From an uncultured Clostridium sp. (lineage in GTDB: Bacteria > Bacillota > Clostridia > TANB77 > CAG-508), in NCBI GenBank assembly GCA_948472955.1, contig CAOKVW010000002.1, forward strand, positions 1-55,350: a stretch of 55,350 nucleotides of DNA, read 5' to 3'. The position numbers were made by a program, and so were the translations under genes. Each line of letters begins with the position of its first letter. The first letter of the stretch is position 1. Positions 10,901 through 20,659 of this stretch are shown one piece after another. Below the pieces are notes generated by a model. The model did no database searches and was not told where the DNA came from. It saw only the letters and a program-made list of their open reading frames with translations.

Positions 10901-12724
10901 ACAACTAAATTGGTCAAGTATTTCTCCATTTTTTATTTTCATGATACCAACTTCTGTAATTTTTTCAGTGGTTGCGGAAAAACCTGTGGTCTCTAAATCT
11001 AGTACACAGTAAGTAGTATCGATATCTTGTCCTTTTCCATTGGTTACAATTTCGTTTTTATCTGGTGCCAAATAGGCTTCTACCCCATATAGAATTTTCA
11101 TGTCTGGATTATCATATCCTAACATTTTATGGGCTTCTGGAAAGGCTTGTACGACACCATGGTCAGTAATCGCTATGGATTTCATGCCCCATTGCATGGC
11201 TCTTTTGATTAAATCTTTAGCAGATGTCATGGCATCCATTTGGCTCATTTTCGTATGCATGTGTAATTCTACTCTTTTTACTTGCGCTTTGTCTTGTCTC
11301 GTTTGTTTTTTAAGCCCTTCGGTTTCTATTACCGTATTTGCCATGACGGTTAATTCATTGGAAAAAGTGTCCATTTGAGCTGTTCCAGCCACTTTAACGC
11401 CTTTGGCATTTTGGATTCTTTTCATGATTCTTTTGGCTTTTTCTTTTTCCAAAAAAGCTTTACAAGTAATGGTACTGGTACCATCGTATAGGTCAAAACT
11501 AAATAATGTTTTTCCTGATTTTAGGGTTCGGTCTTCGGTAAAAATAACTTCTCCTTGTAGGGCTATTTTTCCATCATCTACTCCTAAATCTCCCACTTTT
11601 ACCAATGGGTCAGTAATATTTTGTGTACTGCCTAAAATCAATGGCGTATCTTCTTGTTCTTCTTCGGTTGGTAATTCTGGCAGTTCCGCATTTGTCTCTA
11701 GAATGGTATTGACAATGACGGTAATGTCACCAGCATAAGTGTCTAATCCTGCTTTTCCAATGGTTTTAATGGCTTTAGCTGTTTTGATTTTTTCTACTAC
11801 GGCTTGCCCTTCGGCATAATCTTTGGCAAAAGATTTACAAGTAATGGTTCCTGTGCCATCGTATAAATCAAAAATAATCATTCCTTTCCCAGACTTGGTT
11901 TCTCGTACATCGGTTGTTACAATTCTTCCTTCTAGGGTTACTCTTCCATCATTGGCAGTAATATCTTTGATTTTTACGTGTTTTTCTTTGGCTTTGGATG
12001 GTTTTCCCATAATGTATTCTTGCTCTTGCGGGCTTGGCATGTCTATTTCTTCTGGTGGTATATAGCCCTCTAAATCGGTTGGTGGAGCATAGTCTACGTC
12101 ATGGTATTCTGGTACGATTTCTTGGTTTTCTTTTTCAATGGCATGTTGTCTATTTTCTTCTTCGATATGGGCTATGATTTGTGCTTCTTGGTTTTTGATG
12201 TTTTCACGGATTTCATTCATTTCTTTTTTGGATAAGTCTTCTGTCAAGTCAATGACATAGTCTTCCCCAAATAAGTTTTTTATGGTTTTTTGTAATTCTT
12301 GGTCCGTTTTTTTGGCTTTTAAAAAGTCGGCTCCTTGTATGTGCATTTTGATATGAATGGTATTTGCTTCTACTTCTACATCACTTTTTAAGAGTAACAT
12401 GGGTTTGGCTAGTGGGTATTTGTGTGACATATAGGCGATAATGTTTTTCCATTCTTCTGGTATAGCTTTTTTTTCTACTTTTTCATGGTATTGTATGGTG
12501 ACATCGATGTGTTCAATTTGAAATCTTTGTTGTAAAAAGTTTTCAAAATACCAGATTTCTTTGATTTCTATGTATTCATCTAAATATAAAATGACTTGCA
12601 AAGTGTTGGTCTTTTTTATCATGTTTAGACTTCTGACTTCTGCATATTTTAGATTGGAATTGGTTTTGTAATCACTAAATATTTCTCCTACTTTTTTTGC
12701 TTTTTCTGACACTTCTTTTTTCAT
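7942..12724 (-). CDS. polC: DNA polymerase III alpha subunit, PolC type. Frame broken once at a C-GGT site.
   Basis: PHP motif VELHMHTKMSQMD, DEDD exonuclease motifs (VLDLETTG, HRALDDV), zinc finger CPNCKY..CPKCG and polymerase core. ORFs 8768..12724 and 7942..8799 are collinear. They join as ...EFGTKFVR-G-MLVDTRPTTF... if the C at 8803 is skipped. Confidence 0.95.
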
Positions 12725-12896
12725 TCCTTCCTAAGTATGTGAATTCTTTTTACTTTTTTGATTGTAACATATTTTATGAAATTAAAAAAGCGAACAAAGA
12801 AATTTTGTAACACATTTTCCCCTACCACATATTATATATCATACAAAGGAAACAAACAAAAGAAAACATATTTCTTTATGGAAGGGGGTCTAGACT

Positions 12897-13016
12897 ATGC
12901 CAGAAAATAGAGGATGCGGATGTGGATTCGGTTTCGGTGATGACTGTTGCTGGATTATTATCCTTATATTATTAATCTGTTGTTGTTGCGGTGGTAACAG
13001 AGGCGGATGTTGCTAA
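12897..13016 (+). CDS. 39-aa Cys/Gly-rich small hydrophobic peptide
   Basis: ATG at 12897 lies 8 nt after GAAGGGGG. Translation is MPENRGCGCGFGFGDDCCWIIILILLICCCCGGNRGGCC. Followed by the hairpin terminator at 13032-13068. Below the size cut-off of the ORF track. Confidence 0.55.
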   Translation: MPENRGCGCGFGFGDDCCWIIILILLICCCCGGNRGGCC

Positions 13017-13031
13017 TTTTAACAACATTCC

Positions 13032-13068
13032 AAAAAACATGTAAGTCCAATGACTTACATGTTTTTTT
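13032..13068. terminator. bidirectional rho-independent terminator
   Basis: AAAAAACATGTAAGTC-caat-GACTTACATGTTTTTT: a 16-bp stem with an A-run and a T-run on either side. Confidence 0.75.
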
Positions 13069-13147
13069 ATCATTCCAATGATAATCATCTGTCCTATCTT
13101 TTCTTGGATTGATAATTGTTTTATCTCCATGATTTCCTCTTATTACT

Positions 13148-14461
13148 TTATTTGAATCTTTTTCCTTTACGTTTTTCTTTTTTCTTCTTTTCTTTACTTT
13201 CTGCTTCATATTCTTCTTCATAATTCGAATAATTATCCAAAAATTTCTCTTTTATTTGTTCTTTTGGCATGTTTTCTATCTCATCTTGTTCCTCTTCTAG
13301 CTTTTTTTTATCGCTTTTTTCTTCCTCTTCGTCTGATTTCTCCTCGCTTTTCTCTTCCTGACTATCCAATATTTCTTCTGCTTTTTCCTCTCTTAATGCT
13401 TTTGGAAATTCCTCCTCTTTTTCGTCTTCCTGATGATTTTTTCCATACAAAGAAACTCCTGAAAACTCTTCCGCTATATTTTTATTTCTTCTCTTTACTA
13501 CCATCCATACTACAATAGCGATTAAAATCACTACTGCCACTACGATTCCTATTATCGTTTTTTGTTGTTTTGCTTGTTTTTCAGCTTCCTCTCTTGCGAT
13601 TGCTTCTTCATCTACTAAACTTTTATTTATCGTAATTTGATAGGTTGCTACATTATCACCATTTTTTTGAGATACTAAAATAGTAATAATATTCTCTCCC
13701 TCTTGTATATCTTCATTTCCGATTATCTCTACATTATAATCTTCATTGGTTGGAATCGTTTCCATCTCTAATTTTGTATTCTCTCCAATATAGTTAGCTG
13801 TATATTCATAAATGTTTGTTTTAAATTCTGGAGATAGATTTAAATCCTTTATTTTTAACATAGATAACCCATTGGCATTGTCTGGTTCTTCTAAATTTTC
13901 ATTATCTTCCTTTTGTTCACCACGAGTAATGTTAATCGTATAAGTCTTTTTTGTTCCATCTTCTGCTGTTACTACCACTTCTAATTTACTGTCTCCACTT
14001 TCTAATGTTTTCTTTCCCGTACCAGTAACAGTTGCTTTGGCATCCTGTGTTTTAGCATAAACTTCTATTGTTTCTGTGTCTTCTGGAATGACAGCTTGAT
14101 ACGAAGTCGTTCCAGATTTAAAGCCAGTAAAATCATGTGGTTTAATTCCTAAATTACTTAAATTAGCATTACTAGACTTTGTCTTCGTTGTATTAGTTGT
14201 ATTAGTTGTATTAGTTGTATTAGTCGTGTTAGTTGTGTTGGTTGTGTTGGTTGTGTTAGCAGTATGATTCGTACGATTCGTATTGTTGGTATTTTTTGTT
14301 GTTGTATTTTTGGTATTAGCTGTATTACTAGAAGATGTTTGATTGGTGTTGTTATTGCCCTGACTCGTTGTATTAACAGCATTTGTTTGAATTGCCAATA
14401 AAACAAATAAGATACTAATACTAAGCACCATCACTCTCATTATTTTCTTTTGCATTCTCAT
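13148..14461 (-). CDS. secreted, C-terminally membrane-anchored surface protein with cadherin-like beta-sandwich repeats and an Asn/Thr repeat
   Basis: Start moved to MRMQKKIM (GGAGG 7 nt upstream). Signal-peptide-like VLSISILFVLLAIQTNA. Two copies of an L(S)xLxIxxxxLxPxFxxxxxxY-type module. TM segment IIGIVVAVVILIAIVVWMVV, then an acidic tail. Confidence 0.7.
   Translation of the reverse strand: MRMQKKIMRVMVLSISILFVLLAIQTNAVNTTSQGNNNTNQTSSSNTANTKNTTTKNTNNTNRTNHTANTTNTTNTTNTTNTTNTTNTTNTTKTKSSNANLSNLGIKPHDFTGFKSGTTSYQAVIPEDTETIEVYAKTQDAKATVTGTGKKTLESGDSKLEVVVTAEDGTKKTYTINITRGEQKEDNENLEEPDNANGLSMLKIKDLNLSPEFKTNIYEYTANYIGENTKLEMETIPTNEDYNVEIIGNEDIQEGENIITILVSQKNGDNVATYQITINKSLVDEEAIAREEAEKQAKQQKTIIGIVVAVVILIAIVVWMVVKRRNKNIAEEFSGVSLYGKNHQEDEKEEEFPKALREEKAEEILDSQEEKSEEKSDEEEEKSDKKKLEEEQDEIENMPKEQIKEKFLDNYSNYEEEYEAESKEKKKKEKRKGKRFK
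14187..14260. repeat. 9-bp tandem repeat (about 8 units) inside the surface-protein gene, encoding (NTT)n
   Basis: GTTGTATTA/GTTGTGTTG units visible on the + strand. Translated as NTTNTTNTT... in the 13148..14461 product. Confidence 0.8.
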
Positions 14462-14601
14462 ATATTTTCCTCCTACCCTTCGAATTTCTGCTTTTATTTT
14501 ATCATTTGCCTTTTGGTTCGTCAACTAAATTTTACCATAATTTGACGAATTTTTTGTAAGAAAAATAATATTATGATATAATAAGCAAGAAAAGAGGAAT
14601 A

Positions 14602-17071
14602 ATGATGATAGAATTACTTTCACCTGTTGGTGATTTTGAATGCTTAAAAGCAGCTGTACAAAATGGTGCTGATAGTGTTTACTTTGGAGCAGATATGTTT
14701 AGTGCTAGAGCCTTTGCCCATAATTTCAATCTAGAAAATCTAGAAAAAGCCATTCAGTATGCCAAAATTCGTGGTGTCAAAACAAATTTGACCTTGAATA
14801 CGCTTATAAAAGATGATGAATTTCCATTTGCTTTAAATTTAGCAAAAAAAGCTTATGAATATGGAATTAATGCCATTATTGTTCAAGACTTAGGTCTTGC
14901 CACAAAATTACTAGAACTTTTTCCTGATTTACCTCTCCATGCTAGTACACAAATGACCGTACATAGTTTAAGTGGTGCTTTAGAATTACAAAATCTTGGT
15001 TTTAAAAGAGTCATTTTAGCACGTGAACTTTCTATGGATGAAATTGATTATATCAATAAAAACACTGCCCTTGAAATTGAATGTTTTGCTCATGGTGCCC
15101 TATGTATCTCTTATTCTGGACAATGTTTATTTTCCAGTATGATTGGTGGGCGTTCTGGCAATCGTGGAAAATGTGCTCAACCCTGCAGACTTCCTTATGA
15201 ATTATTTGAAAATGATAAAAAAGTGAATAGTGGCTATCTTCTTAGTACCCGTGATTTATGCAGTTTAGACTATATTCCTTCTTTTATTAAAATTGGAGTA
15301 AAATGTTTAAAAATTGAAGGAAGAATGAAATCTCCTGAATATGTGGCAACTGTTACTAGAATCTATAAAAAATATATCGATTTAGCTTTATCCAATCAAC
15401 CTTATGTAGTCGATAAAAAAGATAGAAAAGAATTAATGCAAGTATTTAATCGTGGCATGTCTTCTTCTGGTCATTTAGACAACGAACCTAATAAAAATTT
15501 AGTCTTTAAAGACAAGCCTAATAATATGGGATTATGGCTAGGAAAAGTGCAAAATTACAACAAAAATAAAGGTTTGATTACGGTAAAATTAAAAGAACCA
15601 ATTAAAATTGGAGATACCATATCGCTAGAAAATGAATCAGGTGTTTATACCATTTCAGAATTAATGGAAAATAACAAAAATATAACTGAAACAAAAATTG
15701 GTCAAACCGTTACCATTGGAAGAATGAAGGGGAATATCGCTTGTAACGATAAGATTTATAAAATGTCATCTAAAGATTTATCCTCTTTTGCCAAAGAAAG
15801 TTATCAAAAAGAAACTCGACAAATTCCTTTAAATGGCAAAATCACAATCAAAAAAGGAAAACCTATCTCCATTCATATTACACCAGCTAATTCTGTAGCA
15901 TTATACAAAGATTTAAACATTGATTACGAATTAAATGAATTCCCTATGGAGGCAAAAAATAAACCATTAGAAAAACAAACTGTTATCCAACAAATAACCA
16001 AAACCGCTTCCACCCCTTATCAGTTTAAAAATATAACTGTTATTTTGGATGACAATGTATTTATTCCTAAGATAAGTACTTTGAATCAGCTTCGCAGAAC
16101 AGCCTTACAACAAGTACAAGATTATGCCATTCATCATTGTTCTCGTAGTTGCCAAGAAAGAAACTCCAGTAAAGCAGTTTCTTATCCTAACAAAGATACT
16201 GTATTACCTGATAAGAAAAGCCTTGCTGAAAAAGACTGCTGTTTCGATAACCCTAAAATTTCTGTTTTGCTAAATTGCTTAAACCCAGACTTTGACTATA
16301 ACAAATTAAGCCAACAGATTGATAACTTATATATTCCTTTGAAATATTTTATTAGTAGAAAAAATGATTCTATCTTAAAAGTATTGAGTCAAAATTTTAA
16401 TACCTATATTTATATGCCAACCATTATCAAAGGAAATTATAGAAATCTTGTTTATGCCAATGCAGAAAGCTCCGTTAAAAAATACAATATTCGAGGGTTT
16501 GTCATCTCAAACATTTGTAACATCGCACTTTTAAACGAGTTATTTACAGACTTAGATAAATACTTTAAATTAGTAACCAATTATACTTTTAATGTTTTCA
16601 ATTCTAATTCTGTCCTAACACTCAAAGAATTGGGCATTAGTCGATTTACTATATCACCAGAATTAGACAAAAATACCATTCACTCTTTATGTCATGATAA
16701 CTATCTTCAAAAAGAATTAATGGTATATGGAAGAATTCCTTTAATGCATATGAAATACTGCTTACTTCGGTGAAACCGATAAATGCTACCCAGAATGCAA
16801 AGCTCGTTGTCAAAATGAAAAAAATTATTATTTGAAAGATAGATTAAATATGAATTTTCCTATCATGCCTGATAATATTCAAACCGTAACTACTCTATTT
16901 AATAGTAAAATAACCTCAATCTCTTACCAAGACTTTCCTATTGATTATGCCAGAATTGATATTTTAACAGAAAATATTTCGCAAATTAATACGATTGTGC
17001 AAACTGTGAAAGACGGAAAACGATTGGAAGGAAAAGACTATACGAACGGAAACTTGAATCGAAAAATTTAA
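14602..17071 (+). CDS. peptidase U32 family protein. Frame broken once at a C-GGT site.
   Basis: U32-type N-terminus (ELLSPVG...AVQNGADSVYFG) and Cys-rich core (GALCISYSGQCLFSS...GNRGKCAQPCR). ORFs 14602..16773 and 16832..17071 join as ...MHMKYCLL-G-ETDKCYPECKARCQNEKNYYLKDRLNMNFP... if the C at 16768 is skipped. Confidence 0.85.
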
Positions 17072-17074
17072 AAA

Positions 17075-17105
17075 TGTGACAAGAGGGGCATCCCTTTTTG
17101 TCACA
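17075..17105. terminator. hairpin terminator, similar in architecture to REP family B
   Basis: TGTGACAAGAGGGGCATCCCTTTTTGTCACA directly after the U32 stop codon. Confidence 0.6.
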
Positions 17106-17121
17106 TTTACTTTTGAATGAT

Positions 17122-17325
17122 TTTTGGCATGATTGGGGTGCTACACATGTATTTTTATAAAATGACGAGTGTGCCAGTGAAATAATAATAGAACATCTTA
17201 TAAAATCAATTAGGGAATCTCACAACCATGAGGGCGCTGATTGATTTTATTAGATGTTCTTTGTTATGGAACAAACTAAGGAATGATATAAAAATACATG
17301 TGTAGCACCCCAATCATGCCAAAAA
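17122..17325. repeat. MITE-like element or long structured RNA: ~38-bp perfect terminal inverted repeats around ~125 bp
   Basis: TTTTGGCATGATTGGGGTGCTACACATGTATTTTTATA (17122-17159) is the exact reverse complement of 17287-17325. A second internal inverted repeat is present (TAGAACATCT.ATAAAATCAAT / ATTGATTTTAT.AGATGTTCT). No ORF. Confidence 0.7.
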
Positions 17326-17333
17326 TTATCATT

Positions 17334-17645
17334 TCAAATTTGTTTACTACTTAAATCAATCATCAACTCCATATTATCATCCTTCGCTGCTTTGTTTTTT
17401 CGAATAGCTCCACATTTTCTGCATCGAAAAATAATGACATATCCCTTTTTGCTGTCAATTTCTAAGCTGACTGGCTCTAAATCCCCTTGACATTGTTCTT
17501 GCCTATCTCCTGGATTTTTATCCACATGTTTAGAATGCAGACAATAAGGGCAATGATTTCTACAAGAATACCCTAGCTTTGGTACTTTTTTACCACAGTT
17601 TTCACATATAAATTCTTCATCAATTTCAATAAAATTTCGTGGCAT
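17334..17645 (-). CDS. RNHCP domain protein (Cys-rich zinc-ribbon type)
   Basis: Literal RNHCP string (SCRNHCPYCLHSKH) plus CENCG and CRKCG pairs. Start moved to MPRNFIEID (AAAGGAG upstream). Confidence 0.8.
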   Translation of the reverse strand: MPRNFIEIDEEFICENCGKKVPKLGYSCRNHCPYCLHSKHVDKNPGDRQEQCQGDLEPVSLEIDSKKGYVIIFRCRKCGAIRKNKAAKDDNMELMIDLSSKQI

Positions 17646-17694
17646 TATTTTTATCTCCTTTGTAGGTACTTTGTGCCTGTCCCAAAGTGCCCAT

Positions 17695-19335
17695 CTAATA
17701 TTTAAAATTACCCCCACCCAAGAATTCCTTTAGTAGTGAGTTGGTTGGTACATACTCTGGCGGAATGGTTTCAAAATATTTTAACATGTCGATAAGTCTT
17801 CTTGCTTCGGCATATTCTGGTTCTTCTGGTTTAATTTCTTCTAGTAATGGCATGACTACGCCTTTTAGTACACCTAATTCATAAATAAGAGAGGTATTAA
17901 AGATACTATTGGCTTCTTCTTGATAGGGAAAGATATTTTTTTCTTCTCCATTGTTTACTTTATGCCAAGTAGCTATGGTATGTTTGGCATCATATCCTCT
18001 AAATTGATAATCTCTTACAATCCTTCTAACAAGTCTCGTATCTGTTGTTGATATTCGATTATATCGGTCCATGTTTAACACCGTTAAAGCACTGATATAG
18101 ATTTTATATTTTTGGTCTTTGGCGATTTTACTCGTTAATTGGTCATTTAAACAATGAATGCCTTCAATCACTAGTACTTGGTCTGGTTCTAATTTTAGCT
18201 TTTTGCCATTGTATCTTTTGGTTCCAACATGAAAATCAAATTCTGGCATTTCTATTTCTTCGCCATTTAATAAACGGGTTAAATGATTATTAAATAATTC
18301 TAAATCAATGGATTCAATACATTCAAAATCATATTCTCCCTTTTCATCCCTTGGCGTATCTTTTCTTTCTACGAAATAATTGTCAACAGAAATGGTAACT
18401 GGTTTAATGCGATTAATTCTTAGTTGAAGCCCTAATCTTTGGGCAAATGTAGTCTTTCCTGAAGAAGATGGTCCTGCAATCAAAACCATTTTTACCTTTC
18501 TATTTTTTGCAATTTCATCTGCTATATTTGCAATTTTTTTCTCGTGTAAGGCTTCATCTAGCATAATAATGTCTTTGATATTATCTTCTTCAACAGCTTT
18601 ATTTAATTTATACACGGTATTCACATTTAAAATTTTATGGATATCATCATATTCATTTAATGCCCAAGCCAATTTCTTTGTTTGAATTAATTTCGGTAAT
18701 TGTCCTGGCTTACTAGAAGTTGGATATCTTACTAAAAATCCATCTTCATATTTGATAATTTCAAATATTTTTGCAATTCCCGTTCGATTTGCTAAAGTGC
18801 CAAAGCAATAATTATAGTAATCTTCACAATAATACATAAAAATTTCTTTGTTTTCTGGTAAATCTAACTGTAATCTTCCCTTTGAAGTATCATCTTTTTG
18901 ATAAAATGCTTCTGCCTCTTCACGTGTCATAATAACTTGTTGGATTGGCAAATCTGCTCTTGCAATTTCATGCATTTCCTCATTCAATTTTTGAATTAAT
19001 TCTTCTGTAATTGGCATATCTTCAATCTCACAAAACATAGAATTTGGCAATTGATAATTCACAATCATTTTTTTATTGGGACATACTTTTTCTAAAGCTT
19101 TTCCCAAAATATAAATAATCGTTCTTCGATAAATTTTGGTACCTTCTTTAGAAGATATATCTATTAATTTGATTTCTCCGTCTTGTTTTATCGGATAGCC
19201 TAAATTGACATATTCATGATTAAAAACTGCACCTATCACAGGATATTCACTATTTCTAATTTCCTCCTCTAGTAACTCTTGTATTGTCATTGTATTTTCT
19301 AGCTCCATTATTTTATCTTGGTATCGTATCTTCAT
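17695..19335 (-). CDS. uridine/nucleoside kinase-family P-loop protein with an N-terminal TGS-like domain
   Basis: Walker A IAGPSSSGKTTFAQRL. Start moved to MKIRYQDK (GAGGGAGG upstream). The longer ORF start lies inside a REP palindrome. Confidence 0.75.
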   Translation of the reverse strand: MKIRYQDKIMELENTMTIQELLEEEIRNSEYPVIGAVFNHEYVNLGYPIKQDGEIKLIDISSKEGTKIYRRTIIYILGKALEKVCPNKKMIVNYQLPNSMFCEIEDMPITEELIQKLNEEMHEIARADLPIQQVIMTREEAEAFYQKDDTSKGRLQLDLPENKEIFMYYCEDYYNYCFGTLANRTGIAKIFEIIKYEDGFLVRYPTSSKPGQLPKLIQTKKLAWALNEYDDIHKILNVNTVYKLNKAVEEDNIKDIIMLDEALHEKKIANIADEIAKNRKVKMVLIAGPSSSGKTTFAQRLGLQLRINRIKPVTISVDNYFVERKDTPRDEKGEYDFECIESIDLELFNNHLTRLLNGEEIEMPEFDFHVGTKRYNGKKLKLEPDQVLVIEGIHCLNDQLTSKIAKDQKYKIYISALTVLNMDRYNRISTTDTRLVRRIVRDYQFRGYDAKHTIATWHKVNNGEEKNIFPYQEEANSIFNTSLIYELGVLKGVVMPLLEEIKPEEPEYAEARRLIDMLKYFETIPPEYVPTNSLLKEFLGGGNFKY

Positions 19336-19356
19336 AAATTTCCTCCCTCTTTTTAA

Positions 19357-19430
19357 GACACGGGGACGTAGATAATGTCCCAACTAGTAGATTTGGGACA
19401 TTATCTACGTCCCCGTGTCCTCCCGTGTCC
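19357..19430. repeat. REP family A, inverted pair forming a ~26-bp-arm palindrome
   Basis: GACACGGGGACGTAGATAATGTCCCA (19357-19382) pairs with TGGGACATTATCTACGTCCCCGTGTC (19394-19419), followed by an extra CTCCCGTGTCC. Confidence 0.8.
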
Positions 19431-19481
19431 TATTTATTGTAACTTAAATAAAAACATAAGTCAATTGTTATCAATTTTCAG

Positions 19482-19665
19482 GTTTCGAATTTTTGCAAGT
19501 GTGGGTTGTCATATATCATTTTTTTACACTTTGTGTGTCGCAATTTCCAAAATAAAATATACTAGTCTGTAAGTTGCTCCAATCGCACTTGCTTCGCTCG
19601 TTTAGTCGCTTACGCAGTGTTGCAAAAATGATATATGACAACCCACACTTGCAAAAATTCGAAAC
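19482..19665. repeat. MITE-like element or long structured RNA: 42-bp perfect terminal inverted repeats around ~100 bp with a GC-richer core
   Basis: GTTTCGAATTTTTGCAAGTGTGGGTTGTCATATATCATTTTT (19482-19523) is the reverse complement of 19624-19665. No ORF. Confidence 0.7.
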
Positions 19666-19730
19666 TTGAATTATAAATTTGATTTTTATGGATATACTTT
19701 TAATAAGAATAAATTTGGGAGGTTTGATGT

Positions 19731-19913
19731 ATGGATTTAGAAAGAATGAATACCATTTTGAATAATGATTATAAATTTGACATTTATTATGACGAAAGGC
19801 CTGTTTGGGTACAAGGGATTAATGAAAATGACCAAATGGCTAAAATTGGCTTTGTTGACAACTTTGAAGAAAAGGATGTTTTTATCAAAGATTTATATGA
19901 GAGAAATTTATAA
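19731..19913 (+). CDS. H-type small acid-soluble spore protein-like
   Basis: 60 aa. The pattern ...VWVQGINENDQMAKIGF... resembles the SspH family as I remember it. GGGAGG RBS upstream. Confidence 0.6.
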   Translation: MDLERMNTILNNDYKFDIYYDERPVWVQGINENDQMAKIGFVDNFEEKDVFIKDLYERNL

Positions 19914-20056
19914 AAAGTAAATGATACAATTTAAAATTAGCTTGAATAAGCAGTTTTAAATTGTATCATTTCTTTTAAGTTTCTTTTTTTGTTTATGGAC
20001 TTTTCCCTCAAACTATGATATAATCACAAAAAACAAAGTAAGGAGTGTTATTGAAT

Positions 20057-20605
20057 ATGGATTTGGCTGAAAATAAGGTATTAATCTTATATATATTAAA
20101 TCTTATTGATGGAGAATTTAGACAAGACGGTTTATTTAAAATTATAACCTCTATTAATAACATCAATTACTTTTACTTTAAACAAGTATTAACAGATTTA
20201 ATAGATTCCAATTTAGTAGGAACTTATACCAAAGAAGATGAACCTGTTGTTAAAATTACTTCTGAGGGAAAAAATGCTTATAATCTCACCAAAAATGTAT
20301 TACCAGGAATCATGAAATTAAAAGCTGATAATATTTTTGCAAAAGAGTTTTCTATGATAGAAGAAGAAGCTTCTGTTATTGCAGAATTTATTCCCAAGAG
20401 TGAAAATGAATATATCATAAAATGTAAAATTGTTGAAACAAATGAAACTATATTTGAAGTAAAAACTTATGCTGGCTCTAGAGAGCGAGCTAAGCGTATT
20501 GTAGATAATTGGAGACAAAATGCCACCACCATTTATCCTCAAATTTTAAATTTACTGTTGCAAGATAATCAAAAGGAAGAAAAACCAAATAAAGAAGAAA
20601 GTTAA
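20057..20605 (+). CDS. DUF4364-family protein
   Basis: Start moved to ATG 20057 (AGGAG at 20041-20045). N-terminus MDLAENKVLILYIL is typical of DUF4364 as I recall it. Confidence 0.65.
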   Translation: MDLAENKVLILYILNLIDGEFRQDGLFKIITSINNINYFYFKQVLTDLIDSNLVGTYTKEDEPVVKITSEGKNAYNLTKNVLPGIMKLKADNIFAKEFSMIEEEASVIAEFIPKSENEYIIKCKIVETNETIFEVKTYAGSRERAKRIVDNWRQNATTIYPQILNLLLQDNQKEEKPNKEES

Positions 20606-20659
20606 ACTTTAAAAATCCAACTCTTATTGAGCTGGATTTTCTGGTTTATAAATACCTAT

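Noticed and set aside
7942-12724. Reading the split polC, purL, U32, kinase and ATPase genes as ordinary pseudogenes, meaning genome decay.
   Set aside because: Decay would produce varied lesions: stops, deletions, and indels at different sequences. Here there are 8 identical C-GGW events and no other lesion. The rest of each gene is perfectly conserved, and one of them is the essential replicase.
12964-14406. ORFs 12964..13221 and 14158..14406 on the - strand.
   Set aside because: The first spans a terminator hairpin and the antisense of the small Cys-rich gene. The second is an alternative frame of the 9-bp repeat inside the surface-protein gene.
17695-19383. N-terminal extensions of tracked ORFs: 17695..19383, 31891..33216, 39155..40282, 17334..17717, 13148..14524, 51857..54256 and 20045..20605.
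   Set aside because: The extensions run into REP palindromes or lack an RBS. Internal ATG codons preceded by GGAGG-type sites give N-termini typical of the families, so the starts were moved.
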